From Fimbriimonadales bacterium (GTDB lineage Bacteria; Armatimonadota; Fimbriimonadia; Fimbriimonadales; ATM1), in NCBI GenBank assembly GCA_041744215.1, contig JBGTLG010000015.1:128001-192000 (forward strand): 64,000 nucleotides of DNA, given 5' to 3'. The notes below the pieces were generated by a model. It had not been told where the DNA came from. It saw only the letters and a program-made list of their open reading frames with translations, and searched no databases. Below, piece by piece: positions 8,956-19,301 of the stretch (position 1 is the stretch's first letter; every line of letters starts with the position of its first letter). A program made the position numbers and the translations under genes.

Positions 8956-11079
8956 CTAAACGGACTTCTGGACCGGCTCCCGGAGTTCAATGAGAGTATT
9001 CGCTCCCGGGACAAGATCGACTTGAATTCGCCAAGTCGCTTCGAGATCTTCAATCTTGCCAAGTCCGGACGGCCAGCTTCCGCGGGCGAACCGGGCGGGT
9101 AAATCGAAGGTGTAAGCGATTGGCCTCTCAGATTGCAGTGAGAGATGCGTGAGAACTCCATCTTGCACTCGCACGGCGGCGGCGATCGCGCGGCTCAATC
9201 TAAGCCCACGGAAGCTAAAGTTGCGCATCGTCTCTGGAACCGCCGGAAGCAGGAAGTCCCCATAGTCATCGACGCGTGCAAACATCCAGTGGAGTGCGGC
9301 GAGCCATGCTCCGCAGCCCGTTGTAAACCAAGGCACGATCGGTTCCCCGTCCCGAGTGACATGCTCATTCGGGCTCATGAACTGACCTGCGGCCAAAGTT
9401 CCTCGCTGCACTGCTTCCCACGCAGAGTCACCATCCGACAGCACCGAGTGGCACATCCCAAGGTGGCCCGCCGTCCACATCCAACCGGTCTCATCGAACA
9501 CTTCATGGAAACCCGGTTTCCAACCATGCTCAGTCCGGGCATCACTGTGCAGCATTGCAAGCGTGTTCCGCGCAAACTCACTCCCTTCATCGCAAAAGAA
9601 CGGTGCGACGTATCCCGCGACTGACGTATGGAGAGACTTATCAGTAGGGATCCCATACTGGCGACGATTTAAATCTAGAACGAAGTTCTGCCTGAGCGCT
9701 TTCGACAACGAATCCCAATTGGCCCTTCGCTCTCGGTCGACACCGAGACGCCGTGCGGCCTCTGCTGCACGATCAAGACAGAACACTGCTGCAGCCATCG
9801 TGAATGGCCCAGACGCAACGTCTCCAACGCTCTCGTCGAAGTCTGTACATGTTTTCGTCCTGAGATTTCCCCGCTCATCTCGCTCAATCATATGGCATTC
9901 GAAGTAGCGCGCGCATTCACGCAAGACGGGATACAAATCTTCGAGCACTTCGATGTTGCGTTGATAGAGCCAGAGCGACCACGCGCATGCGGCGATCAAA
10001 CCCATGTGGAAGCGCTCCGTGTACCAATGCCCGTGCGGGTCACGTTCCTCTCCAGCTTCAGTCGAACTCCATGGGTATAGCGCGCCACGACCTCGAGCCC
10101 GCTCTATAGCCTTTGGTAAGGTGGCAAGCCGAAAGTATGGGACGTTGCTCGCCATACTCTCATGACCACCCGAAAGCAGGCCTAGGAACGGATAGTATTC
10201 ATCGTGGAACGCCCCTGCCCCCCAATGCCTTTCCGACACCGTGGGAGGGATTGACCAGTGTGTCGTTTGACATGCAAGAGTGTAGAGCGACATTCGCCTG
10301 AAGAGGTCAACGTGTTGATTTCCGGTCGACACTTCGCTCTCTTCCCAAAAGGCCCGCCACTTGTCTGCGTGATCGTTGAACTCATGATTGAGTTCAGTAA
10401 ACGACAAAGGGGCACAGTAGTGAATCCGATCGCTGAAGGTGATTACCGTGCGAACTACAATCTCATCTCCGGGCGCAAGCAACTTGTGAACTTCTAAAAC
10501 GGATTCATTGCTCTGCACCTTCCACTGCATTCCCTCAGTTGCGATTGTCACTGCCCCAAGGGTTTCTGACGTTTCCCACTCATACTGGACTGCACCTAAC
10601 AACTCCTCGGCCCGAAACTTCAACTCTTCTTGACGCACACCGTGCCGAACACCGAAGCAGTAACGGAGGGAGAACAAAACTTCTTGGTCTTCGGCCGAGT
10701 GATTACTAAGTCGTGTCTCGACGAAGAAGGAATTGCGCTTTCCAAACACTAATGATCGTGTAGATTCCAGCAGGCCCCCGTAAAGGATCCTAGTTCGCAC
10801 TTCCGCCGTGTCCGTGTGGATCGCTTGCGCAACCTCGACAGCCTTCGGTGCTTCGCCCGCAATCCAGATACTCCTCTCTAGTGTGCCAAATGGAATAAGG
10901 GGGTGACGTGGGCCCGGCAGCCTTCTACCCGCCAACACAAACTCCTGGCAGGCCGCCGCTGCCGCAGGCCACAACTGTGGCTCGTGATACCCGCTGCGAC
11001 CAAGGGTAGTCGCCAGGGTACCGTTGCCTACCAGAGCGGGGACGGGGCGGTCCGAGTGCAGGGAGCTATCGAACTGCAT
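8956..11079 (-). CDS. Glycoside hydrolase/phosphorylase, GH65-like (alpha/alpha)6 barrel
   Basis: FHDEYY, GALYPW.S...G.E, E.FH...IA..AW..W.Y, DFDE and PWFTTG.G resemble GH65 motifs; GAGG before ATG 11079. Confidence 0.65.
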   Translation of the reverse strand: MQFDSSLHSDRPVPALVGNGTLATTLGRSGYHEPQLWPAAAAACQEFVLAGRRLPGPRHPLIPFGTLERSIWIAGEAPKAVEVAQAIHTDTAEVRTRILYGGLLESTRSLVFGKRNSFFVETRLSNHSAEDQEVLFSLRYCFGVRHGVRQEELKFRAEELLGAVQYEWETSETLGAVTIATEGMQWKVQSNESVLEVHKLLAPGDEIVVRTVITFSDRIHYCAPLSFTELNHEFNDHADKWRAFWEESEVSTGNQHVDLFRRMSLYTLACQTTHWSIPPTVSERHWGAGAFHDEYYPFLGLLSGGHESMASNVPYFRLATLPKAIERARGRGALYPWSSTEAGEERDPHGHWYTERFHMGLIAACAWSLWLYQRNIEVLEDLYPVLRECARYFECHMIERDERGNLRTKTCTDFDESVGDVASGPFTMAAAVFCLDRAAEAARRLGVDRERRANWDSLSKALRQNFVLDLNRRQYGIPTDKSLHTSVAGYVAPFFCDEGSEFARNTLAMLHSDARTEHGWKPGFHEVFDETGWMWTAGHLGMCHSVLSDGDSAWEAVQRGTLAAGQFMSPNEHVTRDGEPIVPWFTTGCGAWLAALHWMFARVDDYGDFLLPAVPETMRNFSFRGLRLSRAIAAAVRVQDGVLTHLSLQSERPIAYTFDLPARFARGSWPSGLGKIEDLEATWRIQVDLVPGANTLIELREPVQKSV

Positions 11080-11193
11080 TACTAGAAAACCTCGAAGCGA
11101 ATGGGAGACGAGCCTGGCCGCGAGGGTAACAGGCTGTACAGTGGACGGGGTAAAACCTCGCAACGGTTCGCGTGCGTCTGCTCTTGTTTACTC

Positions 11194-11679
11194 ATGGCTT
11201 ACTTGGACCCTCAGACAGTACGATTCTGGTTCCCCGAGCCGGGCTCCCGGGCCAGGTGCGAGATCGCAGGTGATCGGTGCTTGCTCGAGGTCCGTGTGCA
11301 TCGTTGCTTTCCATTTTCGCTCCCAACTAGGTATGTCAGCGTCCAGGATGCGAGTTCGAACGAGGCTGGCATTCTGGCTGACTTAGACGACTTAGATCCT
11401 GCTTCACGCGGCGTCGTCGAGTCAGAGCTCGATCGGCGCTACTTCACCCCCATTATCGGCAGGATCGTCACTTTGCGGCAAGAGGCGTCAATGTGGTGGT
11501 GGTCGGTAGAGACTCAGCGCGGTCCAGCGTCGTTTTACATTCGCGGGGTTAGGGACTCGATCCACGAGGTCGCGCCTCGGCGGTGGCAGATACTGAGCAT
11601 GGATGGCCAACGCTATGAGATTAGCGACATTGCCCTCTTAGACTCGCGCAGCCAGGCGCTCTTCGAGGGGCTCTTTTAG
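11194..11679 (+). CDS. DUF1854 domain protein
   Basis: RCFPFS....YVS, EL.RRYF.P.I, W.VET.RG, D...LD..S motifs. Confidence 0.75.
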   Translation: MAYLDPQTVRFWFPEPGSRARCEIAGDRCLLEVRVHRCFPFSLPTRYVSVQDASSNEAGILADLDDLDPASRGVVESELDRRYFTPIIGRIVTLRQEASMWWWSVETQRGPASFYIRGVRDSIHEVAPRRWQILSMDGQRYEISDIALLDSRSQALFEGLF

Positions 11680-11681
11680 AC

Positions 11682-12329
11682 GTGTTCTCTTCGGCCCTGG
11701 CGCTGGCCCTACCAGAGCGGTGCCTTGTTTGTTGTGAAATGGCACAGCCCGCGTTTTGCGCGGATTGCGTGGAGGCAGAGCGCTCGCTGCGAAGCGGCAG
11801 TTGTCCACGTTGCGGTATCGGCGATATCGGTGCATGTGCGGAGTGTAGGTGGATGGGTTCCCTGGACTGGTTTAGGTCTGTAGCTGACTACACGGGCGTG
11901 GCAGGACGCGCGATCCGCCGTTTCAAGTTTCACGGTAGCGCGGAATTGGCACCGTACATTGCGGATCGAATGCGCCATCTCTTAATCGACGCGCCCAACT
12001 TCGATGTCGTAGTGCCGGTGCCAATTCATTGGTCACGTCGATCGTTGAGAGGCTTCAACCAGTCCGAGTTGCTTGCGGAAGCTCTCACCTTATCAAACTC
12101 AAAGCTGCTCATCCGAACGCGTGCGACGCGACCTCAAACACGAGTTAGCGGACGCGAGCGACTTACTAATCTGGAGAATGCTCTCCGCGCGCGTACGACG
12201 TACACAGGACTTCGCGCTCTGCTTATCGACGACGTTGTCACGTCGGGCAGCACGCTAGAAGCTTGCGCCTCGGCTCTGAAGGCGGCCGGCGCATCTTGGG
12301 TAGGTGGCGTCACATACGCGCGAGGTTAG
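11682..12329 (+). CDS. comF: ComF family protein (zinc ribbons plus phosphoribosyltransferase domain)
   Basis: Several CxxC; VPVPIH..R...RGFNQS; LIDDVVTSGSTL. Confidence 0.88.
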   Translation: MFSSALALALPERCLVCCEMAQPAFCADCVEAERSLRSGSCPRCGIGDIGACAECRWMGSLDWFRSVADYTGVAGRAIRRFKFHGSAELAPYIADRMRHLLIDAPNFDVVVPVPIHWSRRSLRGFNQSELLAEALTLSNSKLLIRTRATRPQTRVSGRERLTNLENALRARTTYTGLRALLIDDVVTSGSTLEACASALKAAGASWVGGVTYARG

Positions 12330-12334
12330 AGCCC

Positions 12335-12868
12335 CTACATCTCCGGTTCGAGAAGCCCGTAGGTTCCGCCCTTTCGCTTGTAGAGCACAGCGAACTGCCC
12401 ACTATCCGAGTTGCGAAACACGAAGAAAGGATGCCCGACCAGTTCCATTTGAAGGGATGCTTCATCGGGGCTCATCGGTTTCACGAGGAACTGTTTTCGC
12501 TCCACGATTCGAGTTTGCGGTGCTTTCGGTGGCTTCTCTTCGGAGAGCGCAGCAGGCATGCGCTTCGCACCACGACGGCGATGCGAGTCGATGAGCCGGC
12601 CCTTCAGCGAACTCAGCCTTTTTTCGAGCTTGTCTGAAACCCGATCGATGCAGGCTCGCAACGACGAATCGCGCTCTTCCCCACGGACCGTGAATCCGTC
12701 GGCAAAAACGGTCACTTCGAGGCGATGTTTTCCCTTTTGCTCGTGGTACACCATTTCGACGCGAGTAGCTTTGTGAAAGTACTTGTCAAGTTTTCCCAGC
12801 TTCTTCGCCGCATAGTCGCGGTGTCGCTCTGGGACGTTTCCTTCTGCATTTCTTACCAGTAGTTCCAT
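12335..12868 (-). CDS. hpf: Ribosome hibernation promoting factor, long form
   Basis: KL.KL.KYF, ID....KLE; C-terminal KPMS.DEA.LQMEL.GHPFFVF and VLYKR..G.YGL; near comF. Confidence 0.93.
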   Translation of the reverse strand: MELLVRNAEGNVPERHRDYAAKKLGKLDKYFHKATRVEMVYHEQKGKHRLEVTVFADGFTVRGEERDSSLRACIDRVSDKLEKRLSSLKGRLIDSHRRRGAKRMPAALSEEKPPKAPQTRIVERKQFLVKPMSPDEASLQMELVGHPFFVFRNSDSGQFAVLYKRKGGTYGLLEPEM

Positions 12869-12872
12869 ATCT

Positions 12873-14039
12873 TTACACCTCCCAAGTGCGGCGGATGCGC
12901 GAGGAAACTGTTGCGATCGCGATCGCGGCTATGCCTTCACCTCGCCCGATTGCACCGAGGCCTTCGTGCGTCGTCGCCTTCACATTGATTTTCGACACGT
13001 CGACACCTGTTTCCTGCGCAATCTGCTCTCGCATCTGTTCCCTCCGCGGGCCAATCTTTGGGCTTTCCGCAAGGATCGTTATGTCAAGTGAAGTGACTCG
13101 CCCTCCCGCTTCGGAAACACGCCGGACGGCTTCTCGGACAAAGTGCCGGCTGTCCGCGTCCTTCCAGGCTGGGTCGGTATCAGGAAACAGCTGCCCGATG
13201 TCGCCCGCAGAAACCGCACCCAACAGCGCGTCAGTAACAGCGTGGAGCACGACGTCTGCGTCTGAGTGCCCTGCCAGGCCGGGTTCGCCGTCGAAGCGAA
13301 CTCCACCGAGTACCAAAACACGACCAACTTTGCTGGAGAATCGGTGGATGTCGTAGCCAATTCCGCTCAGAATCTCGTTCGAATACTGTTGGTCCATCAT
13401 AAGCTGAAAATCCTCAAAACTCGTGATCTTGTGGTTGAATCGATCACCTTCCACGACCCTGACCTTTCTGCCCGCGGCCTCCAAAGCGCTGGCTTCATCA
13501 GTGACGTGCGCGTGCTGAGACAGGGCGTCCAATAGCCAGTCCTTCCGACTTCCCTGGGGCGTCTGGGCTGCGAAGATTCCCGCCCGGTCAATCGTGCTTT
13601 CGACGTAGTTGGTCGCTCGCTTGAGTGTGTCTACGACAGGCAGTGCCGGAATCGCTGCACCAAACTCTTCGGTAGCGTCGATGACGCGTGTGATCAAGTC
13701 CGGTGTGGCACCGGGGCGAGCTGTGTCGTGGATCAGAACGATATCCGCTCCCTTCGCCGCGAGGATGCCATTGATGGAACTTTGCTGGCGCGTCTCGCCG
13801 CCTCGCACCACGAAGTCGAGGTCAGAGTCGTCAAACTCGTGCTCTTCTCCTGGTGCGCATACGATGCCCACCATGTCAACTCTCGGGTGCGTTCGAAACG
13901 TCTTGAAGGATACTTTCCACAACGGGAGGCTCGGCTCCAAGTGGACGTGGACTTTGCGCCTCTCACCAGGCCACGCACTTGGGCACGTAGCAGCGAACCG
14001 GGATGATGAGCCGGCAGCTAAGAGGATCGCTGTTGTCAT
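12873..14039 (-). CDS. ispDF: Bifunctional IspD/IspF (MEP pathway)
   Basis: LLAAG...RF, GG.TRQ.S, IHD.ARP, AQTPQ; then G.GYDIH, GHSDADV, NVKATT.E.LG. Confidence 0.93.
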   Translation of the reverse strand: MTTAILLAAGSSSRFAATCPSAWPGERRKVHVHLEPSLPLWKVSFKTFRTHPRVDMVGIVCAPGEEHEFDDSDLDFVVRGGETRQQSSINGILAAKGADIVLIHDTARPGATPDLITRVIDATEEFGAAIPALPVVDTLKRATNYVESTIDRAGIFAAQTPQGSRKDWLLDALSQHAHVTDEASALEAAGRKVRVVEGDRFNHKITSFEDFQLMMDQQYSNEILSGIGYDIHRFSSKVGRVLVLGGVRFDGEPGLAGHSDADVVLHAVTDALLGAVSAGDIGQLFPDTDPAWKDADSRHFVREAVRRVSEAGGRVTSLDITILAESPKIGPRREQMREQIAQETGVDVSKINVKATTHEGLGAIGRGEGIAAIAIATVSSRIRRTWEV

Positions 14040-15151
14040 GCGTCTGCTGACTTCTTCTTGGAGCGCGGCGCATCCTCATCGTGACCATTCAAGGAGGCAA
14101 AAATCATCCTCCCTGCTGCACTCTGGTGGACTTGACTTACACGCACCTGCATTCGGTCGCCCATGAATTCGAAGCCATCCTCGATGACCACCATTGTGCC
14201 GTCGTCAAGAAAGCCCACCCCCTGGCCAGGCTGGCTCCCTTCCCGCTCCACCAAAACCGTCAGAAGTTCGTTGGGCATATATTGAGGGCGCATAGACACC
14301 GCTAAATCATGGACGCTAAGGACCGTGACGCCATGGACTTGGGCAACTTTGTTCAGGTTAAAGTCGTTGGTCACGAGGCTGGCACCAAGCGCCTTCGCCA
14401 GCCGCACAAGTCGGGAGTCGACGGCCTCGTCCTCTGCGCCCGCAAACCGGTCCTGAGTGCCGATTTCGATTTCGAAGTCGTTTTGCAGATTGCGGAGCAT
14501 GTCCAGTCCCCGCCGACCGCGCTGGCGCTTCGTGGTGTCGTGGCTGTCGGCAACGGCCTGTAGCTCCTTGATTACGAAATCGGGAATGTACAGCTTTCCT
14601 TCGAGGAACCCTGCCTTCGCGACTTCGTAGATTCTCCCGTCGATAATGACGCTGGTGTCGAAAATCTTTGTGTTGCTTCGCCCTTTTCCTGAGACTCTAG
14701 CCCACGGCAGCGACTCTTCCATGCTCTTCAGTGCTGCGAACGTGATCCCGATCAGGGCGAACATTAGAAGGAGGCTGCCGAGTACTGCCCAAGCTCCAAA
14801 ACTAAAGGCCAGCATATGGAACGGGATGCTGAGGCCGAGCCCTACGATAACAGACACGAACAGCGTCGTTCGCTCAGAGGCAGTCATCACCGACCAGCGC
14901 CCAAGTACCCGCCCAATCCAGGTTACGACGAGAAGGCCGACCAGGCCGACTGTGACTGCTCCGAAGACCCCGATTGCGACAATTGAGTACAGATTGCGAA
15001 AGCTCGGCAGCATACTGTCGGGTGCTCCAGATGCCGCCGAAGGGTCGAGGAGCAGGTAGGCGCGCTGTAACCCTGCAGGGATCGTGATCTCCGCGATCAC
15101 GACTCCAGCGAGCATACACGCAACTACAAACCCAAACTTAAAGACCTTCAA
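14036..15151 (-). CDS. YacL-like membrane PIN/TRAM domain protein
   Basis: TM N-terminus; DTSVIIDGRI, RGRRGLD, TNDFNLNKVA, QGVGFLDDGTMVVIE; upstream of ispD as in Bacillota. Confidence 0.9.
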   Translation of the reverse strand: MKVFKFGFVVACMLAGVVIAEITIPAGLQRAYLLLDPSAASGAPDSMLPSFRNLYSIVAIGVFGAVTVGLVGLLVVTWIGRVLGRWSVMTASERTTLFVSVIVGLGLSIPFHMLAFSFGAWAVLGSLLLMFALIGITFAALKSMEESLPWARVSGKGRSNTKIFDTSVIIDGRIYEVAKAGFLEGKLYIPDFVIKELQAVADSHDTTKRQRGRRGLDMLRNLQNDFEIEIGTQDRFAGAEDEAVDSRLVRLAKALGASLVTNDFNLNKVAQVHGVTVLSVHDLAVSMRPQYMPNELLTVLVEREGSQPGQGVGFLDDGTMVVIEDGFEFMGDRMQVRVSQVHQSAAGRMIFASLNGHDEDAPRSKKKSADA

Positions 15152-15311
15152 AGCAGTTTTCTCAGACGCAGTGCCGCCAAACTCTGGCTCACCCTATTTT
15201 GACTCCGACTGCCTCCGATTCGCACTGAATCGCCTCGGGCGAACGTAGCCTAGGTGGCCCGAACGGAACCTATGACGGCATTTAGGCTTACTATCATTCT
15301 GGGTGGCTTCC

Positions 15312-15341
15312 TTGACTCCGGAGCCCTTCGATTGGTAGTCT
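15312..15341 (+). promoter_or_regulatory. Putative sigma70 promoter of topA
   Basis: TTGACT-N18-TAGTCT with TG extension. Confidence 0.5.
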
Positions 15342-15375
15342 GGCCGCCCACCCGGCCAGAAAAAAGCAAATTTGT

Positions 15376-17973
15376 ATGAAAAAACCCACTGGGAAGTATC
15401 TCGTTATTGTCGAGTCGCCGGCCAAGGCGAAAACGATTAGTCGGTTCCTCGGAGGCGAGTACGTCGTCGAGGCCAGCTACGGACATGTCCGCGACCTCCC
15501 TCAGAGCGCCAAGGACATCCCGGCGAAGTATAAGAAGAAAGAGTGGTCTCGTCTCGGTGTGGACGTTGATAACGGCTTCGAACCGATTTACGTCGTTCCG
15601 AAAGACAAAGAGAAGCATATCAAGCGACTCAAGTCAGCAATCGACGGCGCGACGGCTTTGTTCCTTGCTACAGACGAGGACCGCGAGGGAGAGAGTATCG
15701 GCTGGCACGTGCTTAGCGTCTTGAAGCCACCGAAGTCGCTACCGATTCACCGCATCGTCTTCCACGAGGTGACAAAGGAGGCTGTAGAGTCCGCTCTCGC
15801 TTCGCCGAGGGCGGTCAACGACGCTCTAGTCAAAGCTCAAGAGGCCAGGCGGGTACTCGACCGTTTGTACGGCTACAGTCTCTCAGAGCTTCTCTGGAAG
15901 CGAGTGGCGAAAGGATTGAGCGCTGGCCGAGTGCAGAGCGTCGCCGTTCGCCTGTGCGTGGAGCGGGAACGCGACCGCATTGCCTTCGTCAGGAGCACCT
16001 ACTGGGATCTCGAACCGGACTTAAAGGCGTTGAAAGGACAGTTCACTGCAAAGCTGACTCGGATCGAAGGAAAGCGGGTCGCGGATAGCAAGAGCTTCGA
16101 TCCAGCGACGGGAAAGCTGAAGGACGGCGCCCGCGTTCTGCTAGACGGGCCGCGAGCTACCTCACTGAGAGATGCGATCACCAAACACGCAGCTTGGTCC
16201 ATCTCAGCGCTGGAATCGGTGCCCGAGTCGCGGAAACCGGGCCCGCCCTTCACCACCTCGACTCTCCAGCAAGAGGCCAACCGGAAGCTGAAGTTTCCTT
16301 CAAAACATACGATGCAGCTCGCGCAGCAGTTGTACGAAGGCGTGGACCTCGGCGGAGAGCGGGTTGGACTGATTACCTATATGCGAACCGACAGCGTGTC
16401 GCTTGCCGCCCGCGCGGTCACCGAGGCGCGCGAGGTCATTGCGGAAATGTATGGCCCGTCGTTCTTGCCAAAGTCGCCAGTCGTCTACAAAACAAAATCG
16501 AAGGGAGCGCAAGAGGCGCACGAAGCGATAAGGCCGACCGATGTCAGGCGGAAGCCGCAAGACGTCAAGAAGTTTTTGACAGCTGACCAGTTTAAGCTGT
16601 ATGAACTCATCTGGATGAAGATGGTTGCCTGTCAGATGGTAGCGGCACAGTTTGAGAGGACATCCGTGGAGGTCGATGCCAAGAGCGAGGAGGCGACTGC
16701 CACATTCTCGGCGAGCGGGCGGAGAATTGTGTTTCCGGGTTATCTCCGGGCGTACGTCGAGGGATCAGATGACCCGGATGCGGAGCTCGGTGACAAGGAG
16801 ACTCTGCTGCCTGAATTGTCGCTCGGTGAAACGGTGGAACCTTCGGAGATCCGCGTCGACAAGCACGAGACAAAGCCGCCGCTGAGATACACGGAAGCGA
16901 GCCTCGTTAAGCGCCTGGAAGAGGAAGGCATTGGGCGGCCAAGCACCTATGCGACGATCATTTCGACGATCCAGGACCGGGGATACGTGTTCAAGCGGGG
17001 TAACGAACTCATCCCAACATTCACAGCTTTCTGCGTCACCCAATTTCTCGAAGAGCACTTTGGTGACCTCGTTGACACCAAGTTCACGGCGCACATGGAG
17101 GCTGAGCTCGATTCCATCGCTGAAGGGCAAACGAAATCTGCAGAGCTACTCGGTCACTTCTACTTTGGTGACGGAAACGGCAAAGGGTTGGTCGCGAGAA
17201 TCAAGGACGTGACCGGAGGTTATCCGGCGGTGGCGGTGGGCAAAGACTTCTTGGTGAAGGTCGGTCGATTCGGACCCTACGTGCAGCGGGGCGAAGGCGG
17301 CAAGGACAACGTCGCGGGGTTGCCAGACAACCTGCCACCCGATGAACTTGACGAAGCGCGTGCGGCTGAGCTAATCGAGCGGAGAGCCGCGGGCGGCGAA
17401 GCGGTCGCGGTTGACGCGGATTCCGGCCGACAAATCAAGGTTCTGGAGGGGCGATATGGAGCCTACGTCGAGCTAACTCAAACCGAAGAGGAGAAGGCGG
17501 CGGGGGCCAAGCCGAAGCGCGTTAGCCTACCGAAGGGTATGGAACCGGCTGATGTCACCCCTCTTGTCGCTCAGGCGCTTGTCGCGCTGCCACGCAGCCT
17601 CGGGAACCATCCTGATGATGGAGGTGAGGTTTCGGCTGGCCTAGGGCGTTTCGGCCCTTACGTGAAGCATGGGACCGAATACCGCAGCCTCGATTCGTGG
17701 GAGCAGGCTTGCGAGATCGATCTCGACGGTGCGCTGGCGCTCCTTGCGGTACCCAAACCTGGCCGTGGAAAGGGCGCGGGAAAAAACTCTTACCCGGTTC
17801 TCCGGGAGTTTGGTGAACTGGAAGGCGCAAAAGGGCCGGTACGGATTCTCAAAGGTAGGTACGGTCCGTACGTCACCGACGGAAAGACAAATGCCTCGCT
17901 TCCGAAGGACAGCGACCCGTCCCAACTCACCCCGGAGCAGGCCCTGGAGTTGTTGTCAGCGAAGCGAAAGTAG
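15376..17973 (+). CDS. topA: DNA topoisomerase I with C-terminal Toprim_C repeats
   Basis: VIVESPAKAKTI, ATDEDREGE, SAGRVQS, GLITYMRTD, AQEAHEAIRP; GRFGPYV repeats instead of zinc ribbons. Confidence 0.97.
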   Translation: MKKPTGKYLVIVESPAKAKTISRFLGGEYVVEASYGHVRDLPQSAKDIPAKYKKKEWSRLGVDVDNGFEPIYVVPKDKEKHIKRLKSAIDGATALFLATDEDREGESIGWHVLSVLKPPKSLPIHRIVFHEVTKEAVESALASPRAVNDALVKAQEARRVLDRLYGYSLSELLWKRVAKGLSAGRVQSVAVRLCVERERDRIAFVRSTYWDLEPDLKALKGQFTAKLTRIEGKRVADSKSFDPATGKLKDGARVLLDGPRATSLRDAITKHAAWSISALESVPESRKPGPPFTTSTLQQEANRKLKFPSKHTMQLAQQLYEGVDLGGERVGLITYMRTDSVSLAARAVTEAREVIAEMYGPSFLPKSPVVYKTKSKGAQEAHEAIRPTDVRRKPQDVKKFLTADQFKLYELIWMKMVACQMVAAQFERTSVEVDAKSEEATATFSASGRRIVFPGYLRAYVEGSDDPDAELGDKETLLPELSLGETVEPSEIRVDKHETKPPLRYTEASLVKRLEEEGIGRPSTYATIISTIQDRGYVFKRGNELIPTFTAFCVTQFLEEHFGDLVDTKFTAHMEAELDSIAEGQTKSAELLGHFYFGDGNGKGLVARIKDVTGGYPAVAVGKDFLVKVGRFGPYVQRGEGGKDNVAGLPDNLPPDELDEARAAELIERRAAGGEAVAVDADSGRQIKVLEGRYGAYVELTQTEEEKAAGAKPKRVSLPKGMEPADVTPLVAQALVALPRSLGNHPDDGGEVSAGLGRFGPYVKHGTEYRSLDSWEQACEIDLDGALALLAVPKPGRGKGAGKNSYPVLREFGELEGAKGPVRILKGRYGPYVTDGKTNASLPKDSDPSQLTPEQALELLSAKRK

Positions 17974-17996
17974 CACTCCGGTAAAATTACACTCAC

Positions 17997-19301
17997 ATGC
18001 CCCACCGAGACCGCCAGCTCATTTCCGCGGTTCACCTCGCCACTAAGAAGCTATCAGCTACGACGAGCGTCGAGGAGACGCTCCGTGAAGTTTTGGAGAT
18101 TTGCGTCCAGGCGGTTGGGGCGTACGGAGGCACCATCTATATCCACGACCCGTCCGGTAGCGTTCTGGTGTTTCGTCACGTCCTGCCGGAGAGCGTTCGG
18201 GATTCTCTCCCTCCCGAGATCCCAGACACCTTTGGGATTGCCGGAGAGGTGTTCCAAACGGGCGTGCCCCAGATCGCCAGCGTGGAGGACCGAGGAGGCT
18301 CCTCCACCCCCTCCTCGGAGATCGAAGAAGCTACCGGGGTGCGAGTAACTTCGATGCTCACTGCCCCTCTTGCCGTCGCAGGTATGGACCCAATTGGCGT
18401 CGTTCAACTCCTTAACAAGGAAGGTGGCGAGTTTGAGGAGCGTGAGATCCAGATCATCGAAACCGTCTCGGCGGTGAGCGCGATGGCCTATTTGAACTCT
18501 GTGCTGACCGAGCAGTCGAATCGGGCGGCGAGTATGATCGGTATGGGTGCCGTAGGACATGACATCTACAACCTGGCCGCGGCGCTCAGGGGTGCTGCCC
18601 AGTTGATGGAGATGGCGGTTCAGCAGGTTGAGCAGGATCCCGAGGCAAGCGTCGAGGAGCTTAGGGAGTCGCTCCAAGACTTGATGTCCGGAGTTGAGAC
18701 GATCGTCGGGTACAGCGCGATCATCAATAAGCTCTCGAAGGGCGCAGCGATGACGCCGGAGAAGCGAGCAGGCGAGTTCAGCGAAGCCGTTCGCAAAGCG
18801 GCAGCCTACATTGAGGCAACCGCCAGAAGCGAGCACCAAATTGGCATTTGCTACCAGATTGAGCCTGACGGGCGCCAAAGTCTATTCGACAGTCATTACG
18901 TCAACAGAATCGTTCAAAACTTAGTCGGCAATGCGGTCAAGGCTACAGTTGAGTCGGTGGACTTAAGACAAGCACGCACTGTGCTGTACGAGGATGATCG
19001 CGGTCCAGTCTATGACGAGGTCATCATACGATACTCGCTGCGAGACGGCTGCCATGTTATCGAAGTCAAAGACAGTGGCATGGGAATGACCGAAGCTACA
19101 AAACGCAAGATTCTCGGGGGGACAGCAGGCAGCGGGTGGTCAAAGAGCGGGGGCACTGGCTGGGGTACCCGAACCGTCATCGAGCTAACCGCTGCGCATG
19201 GGGGCCGACTTGAAATCGAATCGACCCCGGGTGAGGGGAGCCTGTTTCGTGTCGTTCTTCCGCTGGAACCTGCATCGACCGAGGTAGCTGCACACGTATG
19301 A
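17997..19301 (+). CDS. GAF-domain sensor histidine kinase (cytoplasmic)
   Basis: GAF (GIAGEV, IGVVQLLNK), H-box GHDIYN, N-box QNLVGNAVKA, DSGMGM, GGTGWG. Confidence 0.88.
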   Translation: MPHRDRQLISAVHLATKKLSATTSVEETLREVLEICVQAVGAYGGTIYIHDPSGSVLVFRHVLPESVRDSLPPEIPDTFGIAGEVFQTGVPQIASVEDRGGSSTPSSEIEEATGVRVTSMLTAPLAVAGMDPIGVVQLLNKEGGEFEEREIQIIETVSAVSAMAYLNSVLTEQSNRAASMIGMGAVGHDIYNLAAALRGAAQLMEMAVQQVEQDPEASVEELRESLQDLMSGVETIVGYSAIINKLSKGAAMTPEKRAGEFSEAVRKAAAYIEATARSEHQIGICYQIEPDGRQSLFDSHYVNRIVQNLVGNAVKATVESVDLRQARTVLYEDDRGPVYDEVIIRYSLRDGCHVIEVKDSGMGMTEATKRKILGGTAGSGWSKSGGTGWGTRTVIELTAAHGGRLEIESTPGEGSLFRVVLPLEPASTEVAAHV

